Source: an uncultured Gammaproteobacteria bacterium
GTDB taxonomy: Bacteria; Pseudomonadota; Gammaproteobacteria; Poriferisulfidales; GCA-002705445
Reading direction: 5' to 3'
NCBI GenBank assembly: GCA_913050095.1
Contig: CAJXAV010000003.1
Location: 577-64,576 of the forward strand
Length of the DNA stretch: 64,000 nt
Shown here: positions 1 to 9,077 of the stretch, piece after piece
How the letters are laid out: each line of letters begins with the position of its first letter
Numbering within the stretch: position 1 is the stretch's first letter
Notes under the pieces: generated by a model
Databases searched by the model: none
The model's input: only the letters and a program-made list of their open reading frames with translations
Told to the model about the DNA's origin: nothing
Made by a program: the position numbers and the translations under genes

Positions 1-535
1 AATTACCTAAGCCCCAATAATCGTAAAACTTAGGAGCAATTGCCACAACACCTGAAGATTCATAATTTAAGAACCATGCGTATGAGTTAAAAAACCACCA
101 AACAAAGTATTGAGCAGCTAAAGTCGAAACCAATAAATAAAAACCTTTAATTCTTATTGCAGGTAGTCCGAATATTATACCGACAAGACCAGCAAAAATT
201 CCTGACAACAACAAAGCGACAGGCAAAGACATTAGACCCTCAGGCACTCTAAGCATAAGGTTATATGTTCCAAATGCTCCTACACACATGAAACCAGCTG
301 TCCCAAGAGAAAGTTGGCCTGTTAAACCAGTTAATATATTCAAACCAACCGTAGCTAGTCCTACTGCTAAAATTGGTATTACGTGCGCACTTAAAAAATA
401 TTCTGATGTTGTTGGGACGTATAAAAATAAAAAAAGTAGCCCTAATATGACTGCTACTTTATCAAACATCATTGGGAAGATTTCTCTATCCTTAAAATAG
501 CTAGTTACAAAATTTCCTGTTTCTCTATATATCAT
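1..535 (-). CDS. Branched-chain amino acid ABC transporter permease, LivM-like; N-terminal 178 aa in window, C-terminus lies beyond position 1
   Basis: Hand translation of the minus strand from the ATG at 535 gives MIYRETGNFVTSYFKDREIF...GLATVGLNILTGLTGQLSLGTAGFMCVGAF, with typical LivM TM helices. It starts 4 nt after the upstream LivH-like gene stop. It is absent from the ORF track because it runs off the window edge. Confidence 0.7.
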   Translation of the reverse strand, partial: MIYRETGNFVTSYFKDREIFPMMFDKVAVILGLLFLFLYVPTTSEYFLSAHVIPILAVGLATVGLNILTGLTGQLSLGTAGFMCVGAFGTYNLMLRVPEGLMSLPVALLLSGIFAGLVGIIFGLPAIRIKGFYLLVSTLAAQYFVWWFFNSYAWFLNYESSGVVAIAPKFYDYWGLGN

Positions 536-539
536 TTAT

Positions 540-1469
540 TTACACCCTTTCAATTAATTTTTCACCAAACATGCCTTGTGGTCTAAACACTAAAAATATT
601 AGTGCCATAAAATATGCAAACCATAATTCTATACCTTGCCCACCAAACAAATCGGCTAAATATATTTCGCCTAGTTTTTCACCAACTCCAATAACTAATC
701 CACCAACAATAGCTCCCGGAATAGATGTTAGTCCGCCAATTAATATAACCGGTAAGGCTTTCATAACAGCCTCGATTAAAGTAAATGAAACACTTACCCT
801 TTCAGCCCATAGTAATCCAGCTACAAGAGCGATAATGCCGGTTACAGCCCAGACAACAGCCCAGACAGTTTGAAGCGGAATACCTACAGCCATGGCAGCC
901 ATATGATCATCTGATACAGCTCTTAAAGACAATCCAGTTTTTGTTTTTTGGAAAAAGAAAGCCAATACTACAATTAATGAACCAGCAACTAATGATGCAA
1001 AGATATCAAATTTTGGAATTAAAATATCTAACCATGGAACATGATCTGACATAAAAATTGGTGCTGGGTCTAGCAATCCAATATCTAAAAATTTACTCAT
1101 TTGAAGTCCATGCACATCAGAATCCCAAATAAACTGAGAAAACCCTTCCTGAAATGTTGCAAGACCAACTGTAGCCATAAATAACGCTAATAAATCTTGG
1201 TTTGCTAAAGGTCTAATAACATACCTTTCCGTTGCTACACCAAATATAACCATTATGCCGGCAGCAATAAATAAAGCTGTCCAAAAATCTATTCCATTTT
1301 CTGTCATCTTTACAAAAGTTAAAGATGCAAATAAAAGCATTGTTCCTTGTGCGAAATTAAATATTCCTGAAGACTTGTAAATTAATACAAAACCAATTGC
1401 TACAAGAGAATACATTACTCCTGAAAGTAATCCTCCTACCAAAACTTCTATTAAATAAACCCAATCCAT
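540..1469 (-). CDS. Branched-chain amino acid ABC transporter permease, LivH-like
   Basis: 309 aa polytopic membrane protein with a LivH-family N-terminus (MDWVYLIEVLVGGLLSGVMYSLVAIGFVLIY...NFAQG). Confidence 0.85.
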   Translation of the reverse strand: MDWVYLIEVLVGGLLSGVMYSLVAIGFVLIYKSSGIFNFAQGTMLLFASLTFVKMTENGIDFWTALFIAAGIMVIFGVATERYVIRPLANQDLLALFMATVGLATFQEGFSQFIWDSDVHGLQMSKFLDIGLLDPAPIFMSDHVPWLDILIPKFDIFASLVAGSLIVVLAFFFQKTKTGLSLRAVSDDHMAAMAVGIPLQTVWAVVWAVTGIIALVAGLLWAERVSVSFTLIEAVMKALPVILIGGLTSIPGAIVGGLVIGVGEKLGEIYLADLFGGQGIELWFAYFMALIFLVFRPQGMFGEKLIERV

Positions 1470-1484
1470 ATTAACACCCCTATA

Positions 1485-2252
1485 TTAGTGACTCACCCCG
1501 AGGTAAGCATCTATGACATCCTGATTTGCCATTACTTCTTTTGGTGAACCATCTCCAATTTTTTTACCGTAATCTAAAACGACTACATGATCTGAAATAT
1601 CCATAACAACACCCATATCATGCTCAATCATTACTGTTGTAATACCTTGCTCTTTATTTATTTCCAATATAAAACAAGACATGTCAGCTTTTTCTTCTAA
1701 ATTCATTCCAGCCATAGGTTCGTCAAGAAGAAGTATTTTTGGCTCAGCAACCAAGGCTCTTCCGAGCTCTACTCTCTTTTGTAATCCGTAAGGAAGTTTT
1801 GAGACCGGAGTTTTTCTTATTGACTCAATTTGTAAAAACTTAATTACTTTTTCTACTGCAAGCCTATTTTGCTTTTCTTCATTTCTTGCTCTTCCAATGT
1901 TAAGACCTTGCTCTAACCATGTAGACTTCATAAATAAGTTTCTACCCGTCATTATGTTTTCTAAAACAGTCATTCCTTGGAATAATGCAATATTTTGAAA
2001 GGTCCTAGCCATTCCAGCTATAGCTGCATCTCTAGGGTTAATGCTTCTTCTGGCAACACCGTCGTATGTAACAGTACCTATTTGCGGTAAATAAACCCCG
2101 TTTATAACATTTAACATCGAGCTTTTACCAGCGCCATTTGGACCGATAACAGCACATATCTCTCCTTCTTTTACATTAAAACTTATATCGGTTATTGCTT
2201 TAACACCGCCAAACTGAAGAGTTACATTTTCTACTTTTAATATGTCTGTCAT
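1485..2252 (-). CDS. ABC transporter ATP-binding protein, LivG-like
   Basis: Walker A GPNGAGKSS, an ABC signature, and the LivG-type C-terminal extension. Confidence 0.85.
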   Translation of the reverse strand: MTDILKVENVTLQFGGVKAITDISFNVKEGEICAVIGPNGAGKSSMLNVINGVYLPQIGTVTYDGVARRSINPRDAAIAGMARTFQNIALFQGMTVLENIMTGRNLFMKSTWLEQGLNIGRARNEEKQNRLAVEKVIKFLQIESIRKTPVSKLPYGLQKRVELGRALVAEPKILLLDEPMAGMNLEEKADMSCFILEINKEQGITTVMIEHDMGVVMDISDHVVVLDYGKKIGDGSPKEVMANQDVIDAYLGVSH

Positions 2253-2272
2253 TTTTTTCTCTTATTAAATTT

Positions 2273-4084
2273 TTATATTTTATTAATATTTAATTCATAT
2301 GATAACTGATCAATATCATTTACCTTACAGTTATCTTTATTATTCTCAATGGCGCTGAAAACATCTTTTAAATTTACTTCGATGTTCTTTCTCATAACTT
2401 CCATAGTTTTAGAAACTTCACCTTGGCTCATAATTAATGTTCTATGAAGAACAACAAATCTCTTAATTTTTAATTCAGACTCCAATGTTTCATTCACGCA
2501 GGAAATGTGTTCTTTTATTAAATCTCTAACCTCATCTTTAGAAGCTAACTCAGTGTAACCTGTATATCTAATATTTTTTCTATCTGCCCATGAGTTTACT
2601 GAATTTGGATCAATTACAACAATAACAGAATTTCCATCTTGGCCATTACCAACTATTAAAGAAGATTTTACGAAAGGTGAGCAAGATATTAAATTTTCAA
2701 TACTTTCAGGCGAAAATTGTTTGCCTGATTTTAATGTGACAATGTCTTCTTTTCTACCACTTATCACTATATTTCCAGAATCATCTATACTTCCTACAAA
2801 ACCAGAATTTACCCATCCGTCGTTTGTATTATCATTATTATCAAGACTCTCTGCCATACAATCAGTTTTAAAAATTACTTCAGAACTATCATTTATTTTA
2901 ATTTCTGTTCCAGCCATTGCAGACCCTACATTTTCTGAGGATACTGAGTGATCAGGCTGAACAGCGATACACCCGCATGATACTGCCTGGCCAAAAGAAT
3001 GTTGGATCTCAACGCCTATTGCATGAAAGAAATCAAAGTTAACTTTAGATAAAACTCCATCACTTACAAACGCATGTTTAATTTTTGTTAATCCAAAAAC
3101 ATTTTTAGCTGGGGAGAAAGTTGATAGCATTATCCATGTTTTTCTTATTCTATCAATTACAGACGCATTACCGCCAACTTCTCTTTCATATATTTCCATT
3201 AATAATTTGTAGTGACCCATATATCTATCATAATTTGATTGTGTTGCAGACTCAATTCTATAGCTAATAGATGTAATAATGTGTTTGAAAACAAATGATG
3301 GAGCATAAAGTATTGTTGGGCCAATTTCTTGCAAGTCTTTTTCGATTGTTTGATTACTTTCAGGGAGATTCAATGACATTCCACTTGCTAAAGATGTTAC
3401 AAATGTAAATAACAAATTAGTTGGAATTGATAATGGTAAATATGAAACTATTGAATCTTTAGCCGTTAAAGTATTAAGAGAAACAATTTTATTACTATTA
3501 TTTATCATTGCTGCATGACTGACTTTATATAAAGAGTCTTCATGCTCATCATACAAGTAGAAAGCAATATCATTTTCGTTAATTGCATTAATTTCGTTTT
3601 CAATGCTTGAATCATTTGAATTAGAAATAATATTATCGTATGAATTAAGCTTATCATTTTTATAAGTAGTCATTCCTCGACCATCAAGATAAATTACATT
3701 TTTTACATTGCAGTCATTTTCAACTGTTAAAAATGTATCAACCTGTTGCTGGTCCTCGGCTATTAAAGTCTCAGCTTTTGAAGAATTTAATATTTTTTTT
3801 AACTCTTCACTTGTAGATTCAGGATGAATAGGAACCACTACACCGCCAAGGGACTGAATTGCGGATATAGAAAAAATAAGCTTTGGAACATTATTGCCAT
3901 ATATAGCAACAACTGACCCTTTTTTAATAGAAAGATTTTTTAAAGCATTTGAAAGAATAGTTACTTCAGATAAGTAATTTGACCAACTGTATGAGTTCCA
4001 TATACCTAATTGCTTATACCTAAGCGCTACTGCATCTGGCTGTTTCTGTGTGTGTGATAGTACTAGACCCGGAATAGTTGCCAT
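2273..4084 (-). CDS. AMP-binding (ANL superfamily) acyl-CoA ligase-like protein with a degenerate phosphate-binding loop
   Basis: The N-terminal ANL fold and the C-terminal motifs DGWVNSGFVGSIDDSGNIVISGRKED and TLKSGKQF are present. The A3 P-loop position reads YDEHEDSLYKVSH instead of the canonical [ST]SGTTGxPKG. Asn-rich low-complexity insertions. Confidence 0.65.
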   Translation of the reverse strand: MATIPGLVLSHTQKQPDAVALRYKQLGIWNSYSWSNYLSEVTILSNALKNLSIKKGSVVAIYGNNVPKLIFSISAIQSLGGVVVPIHPESTSEELKKILNSSKAETLIAEDQQQVDTFLTVENDCNVKNVIYLDGRGMTTYKNDKLNSYDNIISNSNDSSIENEINAINENDIAFYLYDEHEDSLYKVSHAAMINNSNKIVSLNTLTAKDSIVSYLPLSIPTNLLFTFVTSLASGMSLNLPESNQTIEKDLQEIGPTILYAPSFVFKHIITSISYRIESATQSNYDRYMGHYKLLMEIYEREVGGNASVIDRIRKTWIMLSTFSPAKNVFGLTKIKHAFVSDGVLSKVNFDFFHAIGVEIQHSFGQAVSCGCIAVQPDHSVSSENVGSAMAGTEIKINDSSEVIFKTDCMAESLDNNDNTNDGWVNSGFVGSIDDSGNIVISGRKEDIVTLKSGKQFSPESIENLISCSPFVKSSLIVGNGQDGNSVIVVIDPNSVNSWADRKNIRYTGYTELASKDEVRDLIKEHISCVNETLESELKIKRFVVLHRTLIMSQGEVSKTMEVMRKNIEVNLKDVFSAIENNKDNCKVNDIDQLSYELNINKI

Positions 4085-4395
4085 TTATATTTACTCTCTC
4101 CAAATTTGCTTATATTATTGATTATTAACGATTTAATCGCTTATTATTATTATTTTAAATTTTTTGAAATTTAAAAACAATCAAGATGTGTAAAGTACAC
4201 CAAACATCGCATTGTGACAAGGTATTAATATTAATATTTACCAATTAATAAATCTATATAAGTATATTATAATGTATTTATTAAATTGAAAAACACAACA
4301 TATAGTGTTATTATGTCTTCCCAAGTATATAAAAAAGAGAGATTTTTATCATTACTTGGAAAATCAAAAAACGAAACTTATCAGATAAATATATA

Positions 4396-5145
4396 ATGTT
4401 ATATATTCTGCCAATTATATGTACTTTCGGATTTTCAGGGAGCAATTCTTTTAAATCGGTTGAATTACCATTATCAAAAACAGAAAGTGAATGTTTTATC
4501 AAAAAAGACATGTACTTATCTTTAGATAAAGAAAGATCTTTAAATAAGGTTGAGCAAAATATATTTACTAATAAAATAGATAAACGACTTCCTAAATATA
4601 TTAGATATTTTAAAAAACATACTAGAAATTCAATATTTTCATGGGAGCTTGTAGCTGCAATTTCATATCAAGAATCTCATTGGAACCATAAAGCTGTATC
4701 ACGAACAAGAGTAAAAGGATTGATGATGCTTACAAAAGATACAGCGAGCTATATAGGAATAAAAAATCGATTAGACCCTAATCAAAGTGTTTATGGTGGT
4801 GTGAAATATTTAGAAAATATTTTCAAAAGACTTCCAAAATCTGTACTTGGCTCAGATAGAATTTGGATGACTTTAGCAGCATATAATGTAGGTTTAGGAC
4901 ATCTTGAAGATGCACGAATACTTACTGAAAAATTCGGGGGGAATCCAAATTATTGGTCTGATGTTAAAAAATATTTACCCTATCTAAGATTAAAAAAATA
5001 TTATAAAAATACAAAATATGGTTATGCAAGGGGTAATGAGCCAGTAAAGTATGTTGAAAGAATACAAGCCTACCTCAATGAAATTTATAATAATAAAAAA
5101 ACTTCTTTAGCCTCTCTTAGTTTTAAAAAAATCTTTAATTATTGA
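4396..5145 (+). CDS. Lytic transglycosylase, MltF-like SLT domain only (no N-terminal substrate-binding-like domain)
   Basis: ISYQESHWNHKAVSRTRVKGLMMLTKDTASYIGI...YGGVKYL...AAYNVGLGHLEDAR resembles the C-terminal lytic transglycosylase domain of E. coli MltF. The mltF-tadA adjacency of E. coli is conserved. Confidence 0.65.
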   Translation: MLYILPIICTFGFSGSNSFKSVELPLSKTESECFIKKDMYLSLDKERSLNKVEQNIFTNKIDKRLPKYIRYFKKHTRNSIFSWELVAAISYQESHWNHKAVSRTRVKGLMMLTKDTASYIGIKNRLDPNQSVYGGVKYLENIFKRLPKSVLGSDRIWMTLAAYNVGLGHLEDARILTEKFGGNPNYWSDVKKYLPYLRLKKYYKNTKYGYARGNEPVKYVERIQAYLNEIYNNKKTSLASLSFKKIFNY

Positions 5146-5559
5146 AGAACATTCCTCCTTTAAAATTCCGCCAATAAATTTTGGCGTATGATCTAATTTA
5201 TATTCTTTCTTTACATAATTAAATTTTTTATAAAAGTTAACTTCATTTGTATTAAAAGCCCCGAAGATTACTTTATTAATTCTTGCTTCACATATTGCTC
5301 CAATACACATTATACATGGCTCTAAAGAAACATATAAAACGGAGTTATTTAATCTATAATTATTCTTTTTTTTACACGCATCCCTAAGCACATTTATTTC
5401 AGCATGTGCAGTTGGGTCATTTTTACTAATAGATAAATTATGTCCTTCTGAGATCACTTCATTTCTATAAACTAAAACTGCTCCGACTGGAATTTCATTT
5501 TGCAGCCTTGATTTTTTAGCAAGAGAAATACATCTTTTTATGTAATATTCATTATCCAT
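5107..5559 (-). CDS. tadA: tRNA-specific adenosine deaminase
   Basis: CMP/dCMP-type deaminase with zinc motifs HAE and PCxxC (EPCIMCIGA), 150 aa. Conserved neighbour of mltF. Confidence 0.85.
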   Translation of the reverse strand: MDNEYYIKRCISLAKKSRLQNEIPVGAVLVYRNEVISEGHNLSISKNDPTAHAEINVLRDACKKKNNYRLNNSVLYVSLEPCIMCIGAICEARINKVIFGAFNTNEVNFYKKFNYVKKEYKLDHTPKFIGGILKEECSSIIKDFFKTKRG

Positions 5560-5651
5560 ATATAACTCGTAGATCTAATATCTTAATATTGGTATCATGT
5601 TTTTTTATTTAGTATCAATATAAATCTTTAAACATTCAAGGAGTAAATAAA

Positions 5652-6200
5652 ATGAACGATAGAATTGTAATGAGAGTTGCAGAATCATTAGTAGCTGGAG
5701 GTCCTCCAGGCACAGCCGCTGAACCAGAAATAATTATTGGAGAACTTGATGGGCCTGTAGGAACAGCGTTCGCAACTCTTTTAGGTGATCAAGTTAAGGG
5801 ACATTCAAGAGTCCTAGCAATTATGAATACCGATATTATGGTTAAACCAGCAACATTGATGGTTAGTAAAGTAACTGTAAAAGACACAAAGTACACAAAT
5901 ATATTGATGGGTACTGTTCAAGGCGCTATAGCGAACGGTGTACTTGATGCCGTAAGAAATGGAGACATACCAAAAGAAAAAGCAAACGATTTAGGAATTA
6001 TTGTATCGGTATGGTTAAATCCATCAGTTATAGAAGATGATAATTTAGATCACAAAATACTTTTTGATATTCATAGAAAAGCAACAGCACAAGCTATACA
6101 TAAAGCTATGAAAAATGAACCAAGTATAGACTGGTTACTAGATAATCAAGAAAGCATAGTTCATAAATATTATCAAATGGGTTTAGACGGTAAGATTTAA
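5652..6200 (+). CDS. Formaldehyde-activating enzyme (Fae) family protein
   Basis: 182 aa. The pattern VAESLVAGG...IIIGELDGPVGTAFATLL...VLAIMNTDIMVKPATLMVSKVTV...GTVQGAIANGVLDAVRNGDIPKEKANDLGIIVSVWL matches my recollection of the Fae family (H4MPT-dependent formaldehyde condensing enzyme). A strong SD, AAGGAG, sits 8 nt upstream. Confidence 0.6.
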   Translation: MNDRIVMRVAESLVAGGPPGTAAEPEIIIGELDGPVGTAFATLLGDQVKGHSRVLAIMNTDIMVKPATLMVSKVTVKDTKYTNILMGTVQGAIANGVLDAVRNGDIPKEKANDLGIIVSVWLNPSVIEDDNLDHKILFDIHRKATAQAIHKAMKNEPSIDWLLDNQESIVHKYYQMGLDGKI

Positions 6201-6204
6201 ATAT

Positions 6205-6912
6205 TTATTTTTTTTGTATTACGAAAAAAATTTGAGAATTTAATGAGGCGCCAAGATAAGAAAAAGGTGAAAAACTCTTTTGTATTACGTTAAAGTCTTT
6301 TTCAATTATTAGATTCTCAAGATCGTAATGAGAGAAACCAATATGAGAAGAAATAAAATCAGTGTCTTCATTTCTCTTTATTTTTAAACCAAGTAAGATT
6401 TTAAATATATTTATAAAAGTTAAACCACTGTGAGTTTGTCCAATTATTACTCTTATAATATTCTTTAGAAAACCACCTACTCCAATTTCAATGGGGACAG
6501 AAATAATGCAAACACCATTTTTAGTTAAGAGATTTGCAATATTATTTAAAGCATCTAGTGATAATTTTTTATTTAAATGCTCAAAAACTTCCATACAAAA
6601 TACAACTTCATAACTTTTATTTATTTCACTATATGTATTATAAACACTAATATTATTATTATTAGAAATATTTTTTTTAACCTCTTCATATCTGCCAATC
6701 AAGGGTTCGTATGCTGAAATATCTTTTAAATTTGGTATTTCATTATTTATTTTTTTTAAAAATTCGCCGTCCCCTGTACCGTAATCTAAAATATTAATTG
6801 GAGCTGACAAATAATTTTTTTTCAAAATTTTAATAGCGATATTAAATCTACTATTATGTGAAAATTTTTTTATAAAATTTTTATTAAAATTTGTTAAACT
6901 TGAATAAGACAT
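6205..6912 (-). CDS. Class I SAM-dependent methyltransferase
   Basis: Motif I ILDYGTGDGEFL and the post-I acidic residue pattern. Substrate unknown. Confidence 0.7.
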   Translation of the reverse strand: MSYSSLTNFNKNFIKKFSHNSRFNIAIKILKKNYLSAPINILDYGTGDGEFLKKINNEIPNLKDISAYEPLIGRYEEVKKNISNNNNISVYNTYSEINKSYEVVFCMEVFEHLNKKLSLDALNNIANLLTKNGVCIISVPIEIGVGGFLKNIIRVIIGQTHSGLTFINIFKILLGLKIKRNEDTDFISSHIGFSHYDLENLIIEKDFNVIQKSFSPFSYLGASLNSQIFFVIQKK

Positions 6913-6964
6913 GTATTTATTCTACTTTAATTAAAATTAAAAGAAATTATAAATATTAAATTTA

Positions 6965-8428
6965 CTATATCGCCCAACTAGGAAGTTCACTTATTTCTAA
7001 GCCAAAAACATATTTTACAAGAAAAATACAAATTATCGTCACAGTAAATGCTGATATTATATTCAAGAAAAAACCTGCGCGTAACATATCTTTTATATCT
7101 AATTTACCACTTCCAAACACAACAGCATTAGGCGGCGTTGCAATTGGTAGCATAAATGCACAACTCGCGGCTATAGTTGCTGGTATAACAAAAAATAAAG
7201 GATTTTGACCAAGCTCGATTGAAAATATTATTAATATTGGTGCAAAAGTTGCTATGGTCGCTGTATTAGAATTTAACTCTGTCAGAAATATTATTAAAAC
7301 TACCGCAAGAAAAACTAATAAATATACATCGTAGCCTGCAAAAAAAGTTGCATATGATCCTATCCAGATTGCTAAGCCTGAATCATTAAATGCTCTAGAA
7401 AGAGCTATACCACCTCCAACTAGAAGAAGGACTCCCCATGGTATTTTATTTGCAGTATCCCAGCTACAAGCCTTATTTTTTTCTCCAATTGGCAATAAAA
7501 ATAATAGGATTGCTCCAAATAGACCAATAGAGGTATCATTTAAATGTAAGTCAAAAAATTCATTGAGATTCCTTCTAAATATCCATAATGAGGCTGTAAA
7601 GAGAAACACTGCGCCAACGATCTTTTCAGTCAAAGTTGGAGCACCCAGCTTATCTTTCATTACTATTATAGCTTTATCTAAAGAATCTAATTTTTCTGTT
7701 GAAACTTTAAAACTAATTTTTGTTAAAAAAAGCCAAACTAATGGTAATAAAATTAAAACTATTGGAAATCCAATCGCCAACCAATCTGAGAAACTTATGC
7801 TGTAATCATAATTTTCACTTAATATACTAGCTAGCATTATATTTGTTGGAGTTCCAATTAAAGTAGCTGCACCACCAATAGATGCAGAATAAGCAATAGC
7901 TAACAATAATGGCACTGCTAACTCATGATTATTTTTTTTTGATTTATCATAGAAGATATTTATTACTGACGCAGCAATAGGCAACATCATTATTGTAGAT
8001 GCGGTATTACTAACCCACATACTTATTAAAGCGGTAGTAAACATGAAGCCTGCAATAATTTTACTTGGGCTTGTACCAGATAAACGTAATAAATTTAAAG
8101 CAATGCGTTTATGAAGACCGCTTGACTCCATTGCTGAAGCAATAATAAAACCACCAAGAAATAAAAGAACTAAAGGATGAGAGTATGAGCTTGCAATTAT
8201 TTTCAAGTTAAAAATATTAAATACTGGAAATAAAATTAATGGTATTAAACCTGTTACATAAATTGGTATTGCTTCTGTTACCCACCAGATCGTCATTAAT
8301 AACGCAACCCCTGCTGTTAGCCACCCGATTCTGCTAAGACCTTCGGGATGATCAGAAAACAAAAATAATGACAGTGTAAAGAGACCGAATATTAAACCAA
8401 ATGAAGAAACTTTATCTCTGCTAAACAC
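6965..8428 (-). CDS. DASS/SLC13-family Na+-coupled anion (sulfate/dicarboxylate) symporter
   Basis: 487 aa polytopic permease with the conserved SNTAST-type motif (VSNTASTIMMLPIA) of the ArsB/NhaD/DASS superfamily. Confidence 0.7.
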   Translation of the reverse strand: MFSRDKVSSFGLIFGLFTLSLFLFSDHPEGLSRIGWLTAGVALLMTIWWVTEAIPIYVTGLIPLILFPVFNIFNLKIIASSYSHPLVLLFLGGFIIASAMESSGLHKRIALNLLRLSGTSPSKIIAGFMFTTALISMWVSNTASTIMMLPIAASVINIFYDKSKKNNHELAVPLLLAIAYSASIGGAATLIGTPTNIMLASILSENYDYSISFSDWLAIGFPIVLILLPLVWLFLTKISFKVSTEKLDSLDKAIIVMKDKLGAPTLTEKIVGAVFLFTASLWIFRRNLNEFFDLHLNDTSIGLFGAILLFLLPIGEKNKACSWDTANKIPWGVLLLVGGGIALSRAFNDSGLAIWIGSYATFFAGYDVYLLVFLAVVLIIFLTELNSNTATIATFAPILIIFSIELGQNPLFFVIPATIAASCAFMLPIATPPNAVVFGSGKLDIKDMLRAGFFLNIISAFTVTIICIFLVKYVFGLEISELPSWAI

Positions 8429-8487
8429 TTTTTATTTTACCTTGTTTTATTGGGATATCAGGGTCATTCAGACAACTTAGTTGTACA

Positions 8488-8970
8488 TTATTTCTTGTAA
8501 GCGTCGAAGGTAACTCTTTCGCCTTTATACATAGTGCTATACTTTAATTTACCATCGCTACCTAAAAATATAGAGTAAATAATGCTACCACGACCATTGC
8601 CGAAACAGCCAGCCTCAATAGGAAAATACCACTCATTCGTATCTTTACCAAATTTATCTATAAAAAATATCTTTTCATCAAGGGTAACAGAAGTTGAATC
8701 GAAAGTTTCCCATTCACCTCCCCCTTTTAATCTAGAATCTAATTTAAATTCTTCATAACAAGTTTCGGCATTTTCACTGAAGTGAATTTTTGTGTCATGA
8801 AAAAGAAGTGTTTCTGCATCCCATCTTACTGTAGTTGATAATGTCCATGTAGAATTTGACAGATGGTTTTTAGCTTGTTCTTTAGTTTCAATAGTTACTG
8901 AATCTGAACAGGTAAACAATGTAAGTAAAAAAAATAAACTTACAATTAAATATATAAGTTTTTTTGCCAT
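8488..8970 (-). CDS. Hypothetical lipoprotein or secreted protein
   Basis: Signal peptide MAKKLIYLIVSLFFLLTLFTC with a candidate lipobox Cys. I recognise no domain. Confidence 0.45.
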   Translation of the reverse strand: MAKKLIYLIVSLFFLLTLFTCSDSVTIETKEQAKNHLSNSTWTLSTTVRWDAETLLFHDTKIHFSENAETCYEEFKLDSRLKGGGEWETFDSTSVTLDEKIFFIDKFGKDTNEWYFPIEAGCFGNGRGSIIYSIFLGSDGKLKYSTMYKGERVTFDAYKK

Positions 8971-9077
8971 TTTTCGACATTAACATTAATGACATTAAAT
9001 TTCAATATGAAGTAAAAAATCAATCTTTATTCTATGAAAAATAAAAATCTAATTAATTTTTAAGAAAAGTTTATTCG

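Noticed and set aside
288-500. 70 aa plus-strand ORF from the track
   Set aside because: It lies entirely antisense to the LivM-like permease gene that I translated on the minus strand (1..535). It has no features of a real gene.
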